37,817 bases of DNA from Catajapyx aquilonaris (lineage: Eukaryota): contig KZ538213.1 of NCBI GenBank assembly GCA_000934665.2, positions 62,001 through 99,817 of the forward strand. Direction: 5' to 3'. This document shows, in pieces, positions 1 through 12,100 of the stretch. Under the pieces are notes generated by a model. The model saw nothing but the letters and a program-made list of their open reading frames with translations. It had not been told where the DNA came from and made no database searches. A program made the position numbers and the translations under genes. Numbering within the stretch: the first letter of the stretch is position 1; each line of letters opens with the position of its first letter.

Positions 1-3000
1 GCATGAATGTTTCTGTAAATACTGCACATTCATGGAGATATGAGGAACTTTTTAGTTCATCTCTCGTATAAAAAAATGGTAGTCATTTGTATAGCAAATT
101 AAGGTCCCAGGGTCCCTACTCTGTGATACCCGAATTTCTAGCTTTGAAAAAAAAAGAGAGAGATAAAATTTCTTCTGTAGTGCAAACCAAAATGTGCCTC
201 CTGGCTGGCCCTACCCTTTTGTACTGGATCTAATAGTGCATATAATAGGTTGTGATATCTTCACCCCAACATTCGACATCTTCGGATCGTCCTGTTTTTT
301 TTTCTTTTGAGTGAAAAAAACCCCAATTGTTTTATTTCTCTAAGTTCCTCTGAGCGAGGCACTGGTGACCGTCATAGTCGTGAGGTGGTGTGTCTTATAC
401 AAAAAAAAAGTAGAATCGGTGGTGTGCAGCTCCGTACTGTAGTTGGCCACATTGTTTCGCCCGGCATAGTTTTTTCGCCTAAACCCATCCCAAGTCATTA
501 TTGCTCGACTCGCACCGAGTTGTTTAGTTATCACTCTATTTCCTAACAGTTGATAGCACTGCCAATTTTCAAAAAAAAACACCTAGCTGGACCGCTTCCG
601 TTGCTGGCACAAAGCATCATTTTATTGGATATTTCCAACAAAGGAGGATCTGCAACGTAAGCGGTTCATCTTGATTATCAACACTTATTTAAAAAAAATA
701 CATCATTTTTCGGTTTTCAGCTGGTCCTATACATAGGAGAAAAAAATAATATATAGGGGAAAAAATACAGACTATGGCAACGTCATCCCTAATTGTCATG
801 TGTGTCATAGTTCTTTTTTATGTGGAACGTGTGTCCAGTTATGTCCAATAATATCTAAAACCGCAAGTGAACATTTTTTACAAAATGGAACAATGTCTGC
901 AGGAATACTAGGAGCAGTAGCCGATAAATAAAAGTGATTGCATAGAAATGAGCAGTGTTTTAACGTGCAATTTTTTTTCACATAAACAGTTTTTTTAAAA
1001 AATCTGTCCTGAAGAAGACGTGAAGGGGTCGTTTGCTTGTGGCTGCCAATAAAACAAGTGAGTCGTTATTGGTGGCAATTAAGTGCTGATTGTGGGCACG
1101 GAATGGAAATTTTGGTACACGAACCTCTTGTATCGTTTTTTAAGTCTGTAACACGCATAGTTTTTGGTCTTCAGAGACTCACGCATACCCTGATGTGGAC
1201 GGTCAAGCTAGCAATGGATGAAATGAACATCTCAATTTATGTTTCTATTTCATTGTTAACATTATGCAAACTCTGAATTGATCTTGTGAGCAGAAGAATT
1301 GGTCTAAATAATAATTCTGCCACACTCTTCGGTTATTCTTCAAGAGCTCTGGATGTCAATTTTAAACATATCATTGAAGCACAAAATAATAGGTAATACT
1401 TTGGTTTCTTTTTGAAGATGACTTATCCAAGTGTCGTTGTTACATGAATGGATTGCTTTACAGACTACCTGGATATGTAGGAAAATTAAATGTTGTGTAA
1501 TGACCAATAGTAACGTTGCATTAGCAGATTCGCTAATTCGAGTGTGGCAAAGAATATTTGCAATGATTTTTTTGACATAATAATTTAGTGTGGCAGAAGT
1601 ACACCTTGATACATCAGGGTTTGTGCATGACTTTATCGGATACTAACTGTTTCTTGCTTTGTGAAGTAGATGAGATTCATTTGCATTCCAAGCACCAATT
1701 TGAAGCTGAGGCAAAAAATGACCAATTTTTTCTCATCAGCTTCACTCTAAAGTAATATAAATTATGCCATATCTCGTACTGATACTTGGAGTGAAGAACT
1801 GGTCTGAAGCAAAATATATTCATGACTGTGTCCGACATTACACAAGATGCTGCAGCACTATTTGTCATTGAAATGTGCTAAGGAAAATGAATGTCAGTAA
1901 ATAGCAATTTGCTTGTGACACTGAGATGTTACTGCAATGCCAATGAAAATGCGAAGATTATGCATTGGTAGTTACTTTTCATCTCACGTGGTTGGTGAAA
2001 AAGCCAAGGTAAGTGATCATTCAATACGCCAGTGTTGTTCCTTTTACTTATTAACATACAATGTGATGTGACAAGCTAGTTTTTGTTGGAAGTGTGAAAT
2101 ACCTTGTCCCTTTTTCAAATTGAGATTTGGGCAATGCACCATCCTATGTGTTGTATAAGTTTTAATTGAAAGTTTATCAACAATAATTGACTAATTCCAT
2201 ATTTGTTCGAGACATGTTGTTCTTCTCTCACCCTGTAAATGTTAATCAATTAATTAAGGATAATTACGAAATCCCCTCCCCCCATTGATGAGTTTTCGTT
2301 CATGGAATAGTTCCATCATCGGATTTCATGTCAGGAATCCAGAATAAGAGGGTAATTGTCCGCCCATTAGCGGAGGAGCCATCGTCGGGATAAATTTTGG
2401 GGCTGTGGAATGAAAGCAATGGACGTGACCTTTAGTCGAGGGGACCTGATAAGCATGGTGCTGTCTCGTCATGATCAATTATGCAGCTCGAGGGCAAAGT
2501 ACTGTGTAGAACTGCTCAGAAACAAGTTCAACCCCCATCCTTGGCGTCTGCTGCTTACGTATATATCCAAGACGAAAATAATGAAGGGAGATTCCTGGCT
2601 ACGTGTAATTCCTTCCTTCGCAGGGAATTATTAGTCTCCTCTCGGATATATCTCGCGCAGACGAGCAAGGATCAACGTTGATGAAGCTCGTCTTCTCTCA
2701 CGACCCATACCTTTTGCCTCTTGCTCTCATCCCATCCCACCGAAATAAGTACTGTAACGTGAGAGTATTACTGCAACTGCACCGTTTATATCACCACTGG
2801 CTTAATGCAGGTACTCTCTACTGTATCTTCATGAAAATGTTATGGGCTGAATCATCCTGTAAAATAATATTGCAGATCACTGTCAGTAAAAGTTTAGAAC
2901 AAACTCGTCTTGCTGTAGCTCACTTTGCTTGAAAAAGTATTTGGCCCGAACATTCTTTGGACATCCAATAGGCCCATACCAAGAATATATTACATATATT

Positions 3001-3699
3001 TGACAACATTGCGGTGATTTGGTCCATCCCCAATTAACACCTTCATCCATAACTGTATCCGAGCCATGTAATCTCTCCTGAAAAGAAGACATCCCTTCCA
3101 AAAAAAATAAAATCGGCAGGTAGATATGGATCTGCCCCCCTCCCCCCCCCCAACCTAGGGCCAGAACCAGGCAACCGAATGAAAAGACTCGGTCCCGGAA
3201 GCAAACTGAAAAGCCGGTAGAACCCCTAGGATCGATAGACAGGTCCTATTTGACTGATGCTTCCTCTCCATAGCCCCACAAATTTATATATATAAGTTTA
3301 GCGTCCATATGACAAACATGTGCATGCGGTCATCTCCGGAATGGGCAAGTCCGCCATCTATTGGATGTAAATTTCGTTTTTTTTTTTGGAGGGGGGGACC
3401 CATCAGTTTTTTTCAGGGTGGGGGGGTAAAATGCAATCGATCGGAGCCTCGGAGGCGAATTATCGACAGAGCTGGTGGGGTGCCACTCGACGAGAAAACA
3501 TGTGGCGACGGTACATTTCCGTCAGTCCCCCTCCAACCATTTTATACGTGTGTAACCACAGCGCATGCGTTAAGCATCGATACAGATCGATCACCAGTTT
3601 TCTATTCAATTCTGTGCATATTTCATTTTTTACTAATATAAATATGACCAAAATTTAGCTCCAAATATGTCACTTGTTATGTCCATACCGCCTACTAAT

Positions 3700-4330
3700 T
3701 AACGTACACCCTGTCCTTAGCTACACACGCCAGCAAATATTACAACAAAAGTGACGTCACCTCGATCGACCCACTCCGAATTTTCCGAATGGCGTCGGCG
3801 TCCCCCCCTACCGCGGTTTTTAGTATGGTGCTGCCAACTGGCGGGCGTCAGGGGCGTCCCTGCACGTTTTCTCTTAAGTGTGACTCGGCCCGACGCCGGC
3901 ATCTGGCCAGGACGCTTGTTCCTGGGGGTGGCCAACTTTATATATTTTTTAAAATATATTTTACAAAGCGTGTGATTTGTTTTGCAAAAAAAAAAAAGGT
4001 GCGAAAAAATTCGGACCCCGTGGAGTTAGTAGTGTGGTCCCCGGATTGTGGCGTTCCTATTGAGAGGAGGGGGAAGGGGGAAGGCATTATTTTACAATTA
4101 GTGCGAATTTTTTTTAGAGCCCAAAAAAAACAACCTTCCCCGGCAGTAGTAGTGATGGTGGAGTGTTGATCGATCCTGAAAATCCGGGCAAGTTTTTCAA
4201 GTGCCTGCTGATCCAGGGGTTAGCAGCATGGAGAGTGTAGGCGACGCCTTCTGGTCGACGACGACGCCCCGTGACGCCTCGACTTTCAACCATGGCCTCT
4301 TCTTACCCTACAGGAAATGATAAGGTTCGA
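3700..4330 (+). promoter_or_regulatory. Probable promoter / 5'UTR / first exon region of a plus-strand gene whose downstream exons were not identified
   Basis: Locally CpG-rich. It contains the palindromic CRE GTGACGTCAC (3751-3760), a YY1/Pho-like AATGGCG near 3788 and an AT-rich tract near 3940. ATGs in good context follow at 4228 (agcATGG) and 4292 (CAACCATGG), with a possible weak donor AAG|gttcga at 4325. No transcript evidence; this is inference. Confidence 0.35.
3751..3760. promoter_or_regulatory. CRE/ATF palindrome GTGACGTCAC
   Basis: Exact TGACGTCA at 3752-3759, extended to a 10-bp palindrome, in a CpG-rich context. Function not shown. Confidence 0.45.
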
Positions 4331-5180
4331 TGAACTTTTCTACTATTTTAGAGGTGCTTGACCCAGGTTGACACAAGCGTACTGGGCTGCACGCAAACGA
4401 TCGAAGTCTCCATGAATGAAAACGCTTCAGCCGCGTTATATAGTTAAGTAGTAACGCGCGTAACTTTGTCGTTATGGGTCATTTTTTCATGTTCTGCTTG
4501 TTGGAAGGAGAGGGGGGGGGGGTGAAATCAATGATGGGGGTAGTTACATGTCAGCATGAATTTTTGGCGATTGCTGCTTGTGTGCCCGGGCGGGTCAGGT
4601 GAAAAGTATTTTTAATAGCACGAAATGGCATGTTGGGGGAGGTAAAGCACTTGGAGCAATTAAAATTCATTGCGTGTCGTAGCCACGAAAAGTACACACC
4701 CATTCATAGAGGTGTGAATTTTCCCTTCTTTTTTTTAGTTGTCATCAAAGCTCGGGGTTGCAGCAAGCTTGCTGGAGAAGACAACCCAGCAGTGTTTGCA
4801 AATAAGTAATCATGCATGTAACAAAATGGAAACAGCAATCAAACACGGTTGTATGATTTATAAGCGGCGTGGAATAATTTATGATTGCCTTTGAGGGCTA
4901 AAAATTGCAAACAGTCACGTGACACAATAGTGAATAACCATGTGTCCATTAATTTAAATGGATAGTATCCCGGGTTCTTTTTGTCGACAGAAAATTGCGA
5001 ATGCACATTGATGCCCCGTATAGAATGAATTGAGCTCGCATCTGTTACTATCAATCAAGCCAACAAAAGAGTTGAATGCTTGCAGCAAATTGATGGCCGA
5101 CTTCTAACATTCAAACCTTCATGTTTGATTTCGCTGAATCGTATCCATCGGCTCAATTTTTTAATAGCCAGCTTTTATTG

Positions 5181-5215
5181 ACTGGATTGCGTTCGGGTCA
5201 TTGACGCAATCCAGT
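5181..5215. repeat. Perfect 12-bp inverted repeat with 11-nt loop
   Basis: ACTGGATTGCGT-tcgggtcattg-ACGCAATCCAGT. Confidence 0.8.
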
Positions 5216-5276
5216 GGATGCGATAGTGTACAGTACGTCATACATTTTTAGAGCCACTATTGATGTTAGTGTAACA

Positions 5277-5836
5277 CAGGATGGTCCAACAGTGAAATGG
5301 CCATAGAAAATATTTTGTTCTGCTATAGCCAATAGTTAACAAATATTCATAAATTACAAAATTTAACGTGTGCATAAATTCACTCAATACGACAAGCCCT
5401 AGCTGTGGTTTCCAAATTAAAAATTTGTGCTTTTCAAACTGGCTACAGACATCATAAAGGTCAGTTTGAAAAGTACAAATAATTTGGAAATCATAAATGG
5501 GCACAAAAATTGTTCAAACCCTAAAATGTGTATTCATCGCAGAAAAATCGCAATTTCTTTTGTAGCACAGTGGCATCAAGCTTATCAGGGTTATTTTTAA
5601 ATGCTAATTTTTATTAGTATACTCTCTGCTTATTAGCAAACAACAATGCATCACTACATTTCTTTAGTCAGCAAAGCAGCTAAATGAAAGAGAATGCGTC
5701 AAATTTTCCTCCCACTGCTAGTTGCTGCTAACTTAGCAGTACCACTGGTAGGCTACTGCTAAGTTAGCAGTTACTAGCAGTGGGACGAAAATTCCACCAA
5801 ATATTTCTAAAGCCGACTTCTTGCTGGATCACCCTG
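5277..5836. mobile_element. Candidate decayed Tc1/mariner-type MITE (about 560 bp) with CAGGGTG-type TIRs
   Basis: Right end reverse-complemented TA|CAGGGTGATCCAGCAAGAAGTCGGCTTTAGAAATATTT aligns by hand to left end CA|CAGGATGGTCCAACAGTGAAATGGCCATAGAAAATATTT at about 30/40 positions, mostly with transition mismatches. TA is intact on the right (5837-5838) and reads CA on the left. Confidence 0.5.
5702..5793. repeat. Long inverted repeat: 40-bp arms, 3 mismatches, 12-nt loop
   Basis: Left arm 5702-5741 AATTTTCCTCCCACTGCTAGTTGCTGCTAACTTAGCAGTA; reverse complement of right arm 5754-5793 AATTTTCGTCCCACTGCTAGTAACTGCTAACTTAGCAGTA. Confidence 0.92.
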
Positions 5837-6981
5837 TACACAATCGAATCGTACACTCCCGGGCATATTATGCAAACGTCATAAATTATTTATCCGGGAC
5901 TCGTTTTTGGCACGAGGCAGTGAATTTGTAGCTATACATGAACTCTGCACTCGATAAACGGAGCACTTTGACCTGCCCATGCCATCTCCCCCCCCCTTCC
6001 TCCTAAAACTCGGACTATACAGCTCACGGAGGAGGGAGGGAGGGGGGGGGATTTATGCACGAGCTGCTCTCTCTCGGGGAGCTCCGTAAAGGAAATCATT
6101 AGACTTAACTCTAATAAAGTTTCCCACGCCAACTTACTCTTAGTCGGGCGTCGTTCAACTTGTTATCCGGATGCAGCGTAAATTCCACGCCCCAAGACTT
6201 TTGGGGAAGGGAAAAGCCAGGAGCAGAGCTAGCTGGGGAAGAGATGTGNAGGGGGGGGGGGGGGGGGTGAGATGGATTGGCATTTAAGAGATTGGTGATA
6301 CGTTGGGAGCGAATATCACACAGCATCAGAACCATTGTTAGTCTTTTTAGTGGAGGAGCCAAGTTTAATTAGGTTCGATAATGAACAATTATTGCAATGA
6401 GAATGTTCGCAGTGGCTGGTGTGTACACCTTATGAAAACATTAGGTTTAATGAATTCAGCAATTCAAAAGACATTAAATTCGGGAAATTTGCTCAAATTT
6501 CAGTTTGTGAACGTATACACTACAAAATGCAATGAGTACTGTGTGTTTAATATCGTGGAAAAGTAACAGAAAGTGCGTATTAGTAAGCAGTTTAGTGCAA
6601 TGAACCGCTAATAACTAACTGATACTGTATATTTTTCTAACGCCTTATTCCTTTCTTAATGACAGTAGGCCTATACAATAGAGCTGTTGAGACATGCTTC
6701 ATGTAATTACCCTGGTGGAATGAACTCTAACATGGGTGTGGATGACAACGGCTTTCAAATCGCATTACAGGTCGCCGCGTAGGTTTTATGCCTGAAGTGA
6801 GCTTCACTAAGCAAATTGGAGGGTTGGCTTAATTTTGTCGTCTAATGCTATCAACAAGAGAACCATTGGTTCTTCTGCTTGGTACTGTACAGTAGGCAGC
6901 TTTTGGTAGGCGTACAGTATCTGCATGAATTTCGTACAGTATATATAGCGAGCGTCGTAGCTTTTTAATTAGGTGTGCCTA

Positions 6982-7008
6982 AGAGAGAGAGAGAGAAAGA
7001 GAGAGAGA
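6982..7008. repeat. (AG)n microsatellite, interrupted
   Basis: agagagagagagagaaagagagagaga read directly. Confidence 0.8.
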
Positions 7009-9106
7009 AATCAAACGGAGAGGATGGAGGGAAAAGGAGCTACGTATGAGAGATATTGCTTCTAATTAGCAAGGAAGTTGTTGTCGGGGACTCCGAAGTT
7101 TGTTGAACTTCGAGGTTGTATTGATTACCGGTTCCGAAAGTGAGTTGTCGCCGAGATGATCTTAATGAAAGAGGGCTTGCAAATATTTAAGATTCCTCGG
7201 TGTTGATAATTAATGTACACGTACTTTTTTGTGTGTGCGAAATATGGATTGGGTTTAAAGAAGATTTTCTGCTCGTACTCTGCTCTTTAACCTTCCCTTG
7301 TAAGGAGAAGCAAAGGGGTCAGATTGAATCTCCATTCAAAGCTAACTTCCTCCCGGAACGAGACAATCAATGCCAAGCATCCTCAGCCTGGGGAAACGAA
7401 ATGTCTGCGATAAGAAGCCAATGAAGTGGGCCCGGAAATGGAGAAGATGGCAAAGAAATCCAATTAATAACAGAAGTCCTCACTTTTGAACCCAGTGGAC
7501 AATGCATCTTTTGTCTGCCTTACAGCCCAAGTGTTTATGCCATCTCAAGCATGATCCGCATATTATGTATGTATTAAACCAGGAATATATTGGTGGGCAC
7601 AGTCTGAGGGGGGAAAAAACAGGATTGTGCAAAAGGACGGATTGGATGAGGCGCCTTTTGCCATCAGAATGACTTAGCATGTGTCGTTTGATTGTGGCGT
7701 CGTGTCGTCCCGTAAACTCAATTTGTGCCAAGTAAAATGTCGATTTGGTCGTAAGGCGAGAGCAAATCAGCAGTGTTGTAGTGTCACAGGTGTAAGCGGG
7801 GACCTTAGTTGTCGGAGGGGGTGAGGGGGAGAAGTCCCTTTGTGCGCTTTGTTGACATATGGGCCAATCCCTTGCTGGCCTCCGATGCGGATGTTGAATA
7901 ATGCAAGGCTTCTTCCTGCTCCTTCCGCCTCCTTTGCGTGTTCCAGCCACAGTTCATCAATAGTCGTCCTCATCCCAATTTCCAGGTAGGCTTTTCTGGC
8001 CCAGGCACATGTGGCAGCAGGCACGGAGGAAACGGAATTCCCACTGAGAACCCCCCACCTTTGCTCTGGATTTGTGTACTCCGATGCGTCAAAGTCACCC
8101 AGGTGATGGGTATTTCCCTTGACGTATTCTCACCAACGCGACGAACTCTTTACAGGGAGGAGTATTACCCACAAGATCCAAAAAAAATGTATGGCCAGAA
8201 CCACGTGGGGCTAGGCCTAGCTAGGCCTGAGAAGGACAAAGGGGCATGCTAGGCCTAGTTACGCTGGCTACATCATACGGTACTAGCCGAACTGGTGGTC
8301 ACATTCGGACAGAACAGCACACCTTTCTTGTACAGACTTGGAGCAATTCACCACCCTGTATTTCGCATGTCAAGTCAGCGACAGGTCGTAACAAAGTGCA
8401 GCATTGTTTCAGTTCGACGGTGTTTCACTCGTCGTTGTTCCCTGGGTCTTTTTACGAGTCCTTCGGGTGTAATAAGAAGTGTTTAAGAGAGTCTTTGGTG
8501 CGCAGTGTGAAGGGACGGAACAAAGGGCAACACGAAGAGCGATAGGGAGAAAGGCAAGTGAGAAGAAAAAAAACTCACTCACTCAGCACCTTCCTTAATT
8601 CCGACTCAAACCGGCCTTACATTACGTGGAACCCCGTTCAGTCTTCCTGCTCTCTGCGAGATAAGCACCAAAACGAGGAAATGTCCTCATTTTTGCCTCC
8701 CTCCCCCGCCTCTCCCCTCTCTAGCCCAGAGAGGGAGTTTAATGGGAGGAAATGAAAGGGGCGTTTAAGTGAATTTTTCACGTTTGTAGGCGAAGAGGGA
8801 GATGAATTTTAAACTCTGGGGGAGCTTTTGTTTCTTTTTCTCTTCCTCCCCACCCCACTGCCTTTGAATGTCAGCAGTGAGGGAGGGAGGGGGGGGTCAT
8901 TTTGCATAATCACTTTGCAGGCGGTCTATGCTAGAGAATGGATCATAGATAGAACTGTGGACGCGACTTGGTTGGACGGACACGGTACAATTGCTAGTTG
9001 GGACTGTGAAGAATTTTGAAACATTCTCGTTAGAGAGATGGATCACATTTATAGCATATAATGCAGGAAAAATTTTAAGCCACATTTCATAATTTCAAAA
9101 ACACTA

Positions 9107-9150
9107 GTGATTACAAGATTGCAGTGATTCCAATGTTGCAGTGATTCAAG
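9107..9150. repeat. Short tandem repeat, about 2.6 x 17 bp
   Basis: gtgattacaagattgca / gtgattccaatgttgca / gtgattcaag. Confidence 0.7.
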
Positions 9151-12100
9151 AGAACATAATTATTTATTCTTTTATGTATAAAGCGGTGGGAGAAACATGC
9201 CTATTTTTTCAGTATAGAAGTGACAAAATAGCTGTCATGCGGTTTTTATGGCAGACCACTAATCACCTGCGCTTATTACCCAGGGAAGCCTACCGACAGT
9301 CTCGGACCCGGCTGACGCGAAGTCAATGACACAAAGCCCTATCAAAGCTGTCATCTATGGTCCAGGAGATGAAACGCAATCTCCGAAGCTCTATTGCTGC
9401 AGCCTGGCCTCATTTCGACCCATTGTGGTGTCAACTCTATCCATGACATAAAGGGGGTGACGGTGAGGCGCGTCGGTTCAGTGAGAGGAACAGAATGAGA
9501 GAAAAAAAAATGCTCGGTGGTTTGGGTTGTAAACAGAGTAATATTCACGTGGAGAGAGTCGTAATCTTCTCTCTTGAAGTTGTTTTATATGCTAAAAGGG
9601 CGTCGGCCTCAGCCTCTTTCGAATCAACCGAAGCATGAGATCCAACTGATTCATACGTCAGACATTTGAAAGTATGAATTCTGTACTTCCCGTGATCATC
9701 AAAAACATGCAAATAACGTAAAACGTGCATTGTTGAGAACGAGCCAATCTAGAATATTTTCCGCCACAGTTTTGCGGGATAGATTCACTGAATCACCCCC
9801 CTCAATGTAACATGTAACCCACCGCCTCTCGTTTCGTCAATATCCATCGACGATTAGATTACCTTGTTGGGAAGGGAGGGAGAGATCTGGCAACAACAAC
9901 AACAGCTCCCCTGGAATATATAAAAAAAACGCAATGGTTACGTGAGCAGGACTTGGTCACGCTTGTTGGAAGGACAGGGTCGTAAAAAGAGGCAAGTACT
10001 GGTGTGTTTCAAGTTCGAGATCACGTGAAAATTCAGGGTAATGTCGTCCTATATTTTCTCGGAACACCTGCCCCCTTCGTGTTGCCCAGTATTCACACGT
10101 GTGTAGCAACAATGTGCACGGTATGATTTATGACAGTGTCACAAAGACATCATTTTTCAGCTCCTAATTTGTTGTCCTTACGTCGATGTATAATTACACG
10201 ACATTTTAATCCGTACCAAAGCAAACCGTGACCATCAATCTGAATCCCTGATAGGCTATTAATCATTCCTTTTTTTTTGTTGGTGATCACGTGTCTTGAG
10301 TCCGGTGCATTACCAGTAGTTGTCGGCGGTTGCAATTACCAAAGGATAAAAAGGATGGAGACAAACAGTGCTCTTTTCCTTCCTGGCTTTCTACGCGATC
10401 ATCTGTTTTCATCCCTTACTCACGTCCATTGTGCTCGTCCCGGAGATCCATTTTCTAGAAAACAGAAGGAGAGAGAGGGGGGATTTTCAGCGGCCATGTT
10501 TCAACCCTAGTCCCTTATACTCTACCTTTCCCACCAGACTGGAACATGCAAAATATTCCGAGCCAGTCGCAGCTAGCAGTTCCGAATTATTATCATCTAG
10601 ATGGCTTCTTGCTTGGGACATAAATGGACACGAGCCCTGGGAGGGGAAAATGGGGAGGACATCTTCGCAACTCAGAGGATGAAAAGACGTCCCGGACTCA
10701 TAGGGCGCATAGGAATCGACAAATTTGGACACCGTTCATGAATTTGGGTGAGTTACGGGTAAGGTCCATAAACCCCCTTTCGGATTTTTAATTCCGGGTT
10801 CAACGGTTTCGATGTGTCAAGTACCCGATGGGACGAGCCGCTTTGCATTTATGCGGGCAGATCTTAGGATATGTGTTTTTTTTTGTTGAAAAAAACTGGT
10901 TTGTTGCACCTTAACGTGGAAGCCTACATTATGGATACCTGTGGTTGGTTATAATCCGGGCCCAGGGAGGGTTTACAGCCCCGGCAACAATTCGGTGCAT
11001 TTTTTATACGTAGGGATTTATTTTTATGCGTACACAGGCTTGGTTTTTCTTTGCGGTAGACGTACTTCAAGCTCCGGAATTAATCCGGGGTGATGCACGG
11101 TAGGAGAATATTCCGGATTGTAAGAAATTTTTTCATTAGCACACTTTACGTCTATGCGAAATTAATACCATGTTTTTTTTGCACCGCTAATCCCTGGCAG
11201 GTCCTTTCAAAGGCGGTTTGAAACACAAATAAAAAGTATTGCCGATAATGTGCCGCATCTCCATCATTCAACCCCATAAAAACGTCATTATTGGACATGA
11301 GTTTGGCAGTCAACTCATCAAAAAAGCTCACGACAAAGTCTGAGATTTCAATCAAGTTGGGGCATTCTTGTTGACCCAAGCGGATATGATTATGTGGACA
11401 TTTCTTTCCCGGGATATTTGCGGTTATAAAACTTTTTTTTCTTCTTCTGGTATCTGCGACGATGATGAAGAGCTAAGGTAAGCTTGCGTGTCGGAATAAA
11501 GGTCGAGCATGATGTGAGGCGAGGAAAGGACATATAGTGGAGCCAAAATCCGGCGGACTAATTAAATCCTCTTTACAGCTGACCATTCTCATTTTGTAGC
11601 TACCGGTCCGCACTTTATAAGTTATGGTCACTTACATGACCTGGACTACTAACTCCTGTGCGAGTATAGCCTCTTTCGATCCGCTTTTTTTTTTTTACAA
11701 CCACCCCTTCATGGGATATCGCTAATCACACCCGGACTTTCACGCGATTTGCCACGCTCTTGCAAACGAGTTATTTGCATGGAAGATACTGAACAGCTCG
11801 TTTGTGTAGACGAGCTTAAATAATACCGAATTGGACTTAACACATTGCAAACAAGCTGTCTGGATAAGTTGTAAAATAGATTAAATGTTGAGAAAATATC
11901 AGGAGTAGGAGTCTAACATTAAACCTTTTAAATATATGTGTTTTAATTTATTTTTAAGCACAATGTCATCATACACTACCCAATCATCACATAATATACA
12001 ATAATTCCATCATGAATGCAGCAGTACTGTGTAGGCTACTACAACCCTACTGAACGGCATACTTTCACAAAGTTAATTATATGAAATCGAGTTGCTTACA

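Noticed and set aside
2659..2693. GAAGCTCGTCT matching the start of miR-993-3p within a small palindromic fold
   Set aside because: The match ends after 11 nt, the miR-10-family 5' arm (ACCCTGTAGA) is absent, and the stem is too short for a pre-miRNA.
7480..7950. Longest ORF-track entries (this 156-aa ORF; also 18835-19305, 26462-26884, 35058-35450, 32073-32561)
   Set aside because: No recognisable domains; composition is driven by G/C/A homopolymers or N gaps, starts are often non-ATG, and there is no coherent splice structure. These are expected random ORFs in non-coding DNA.
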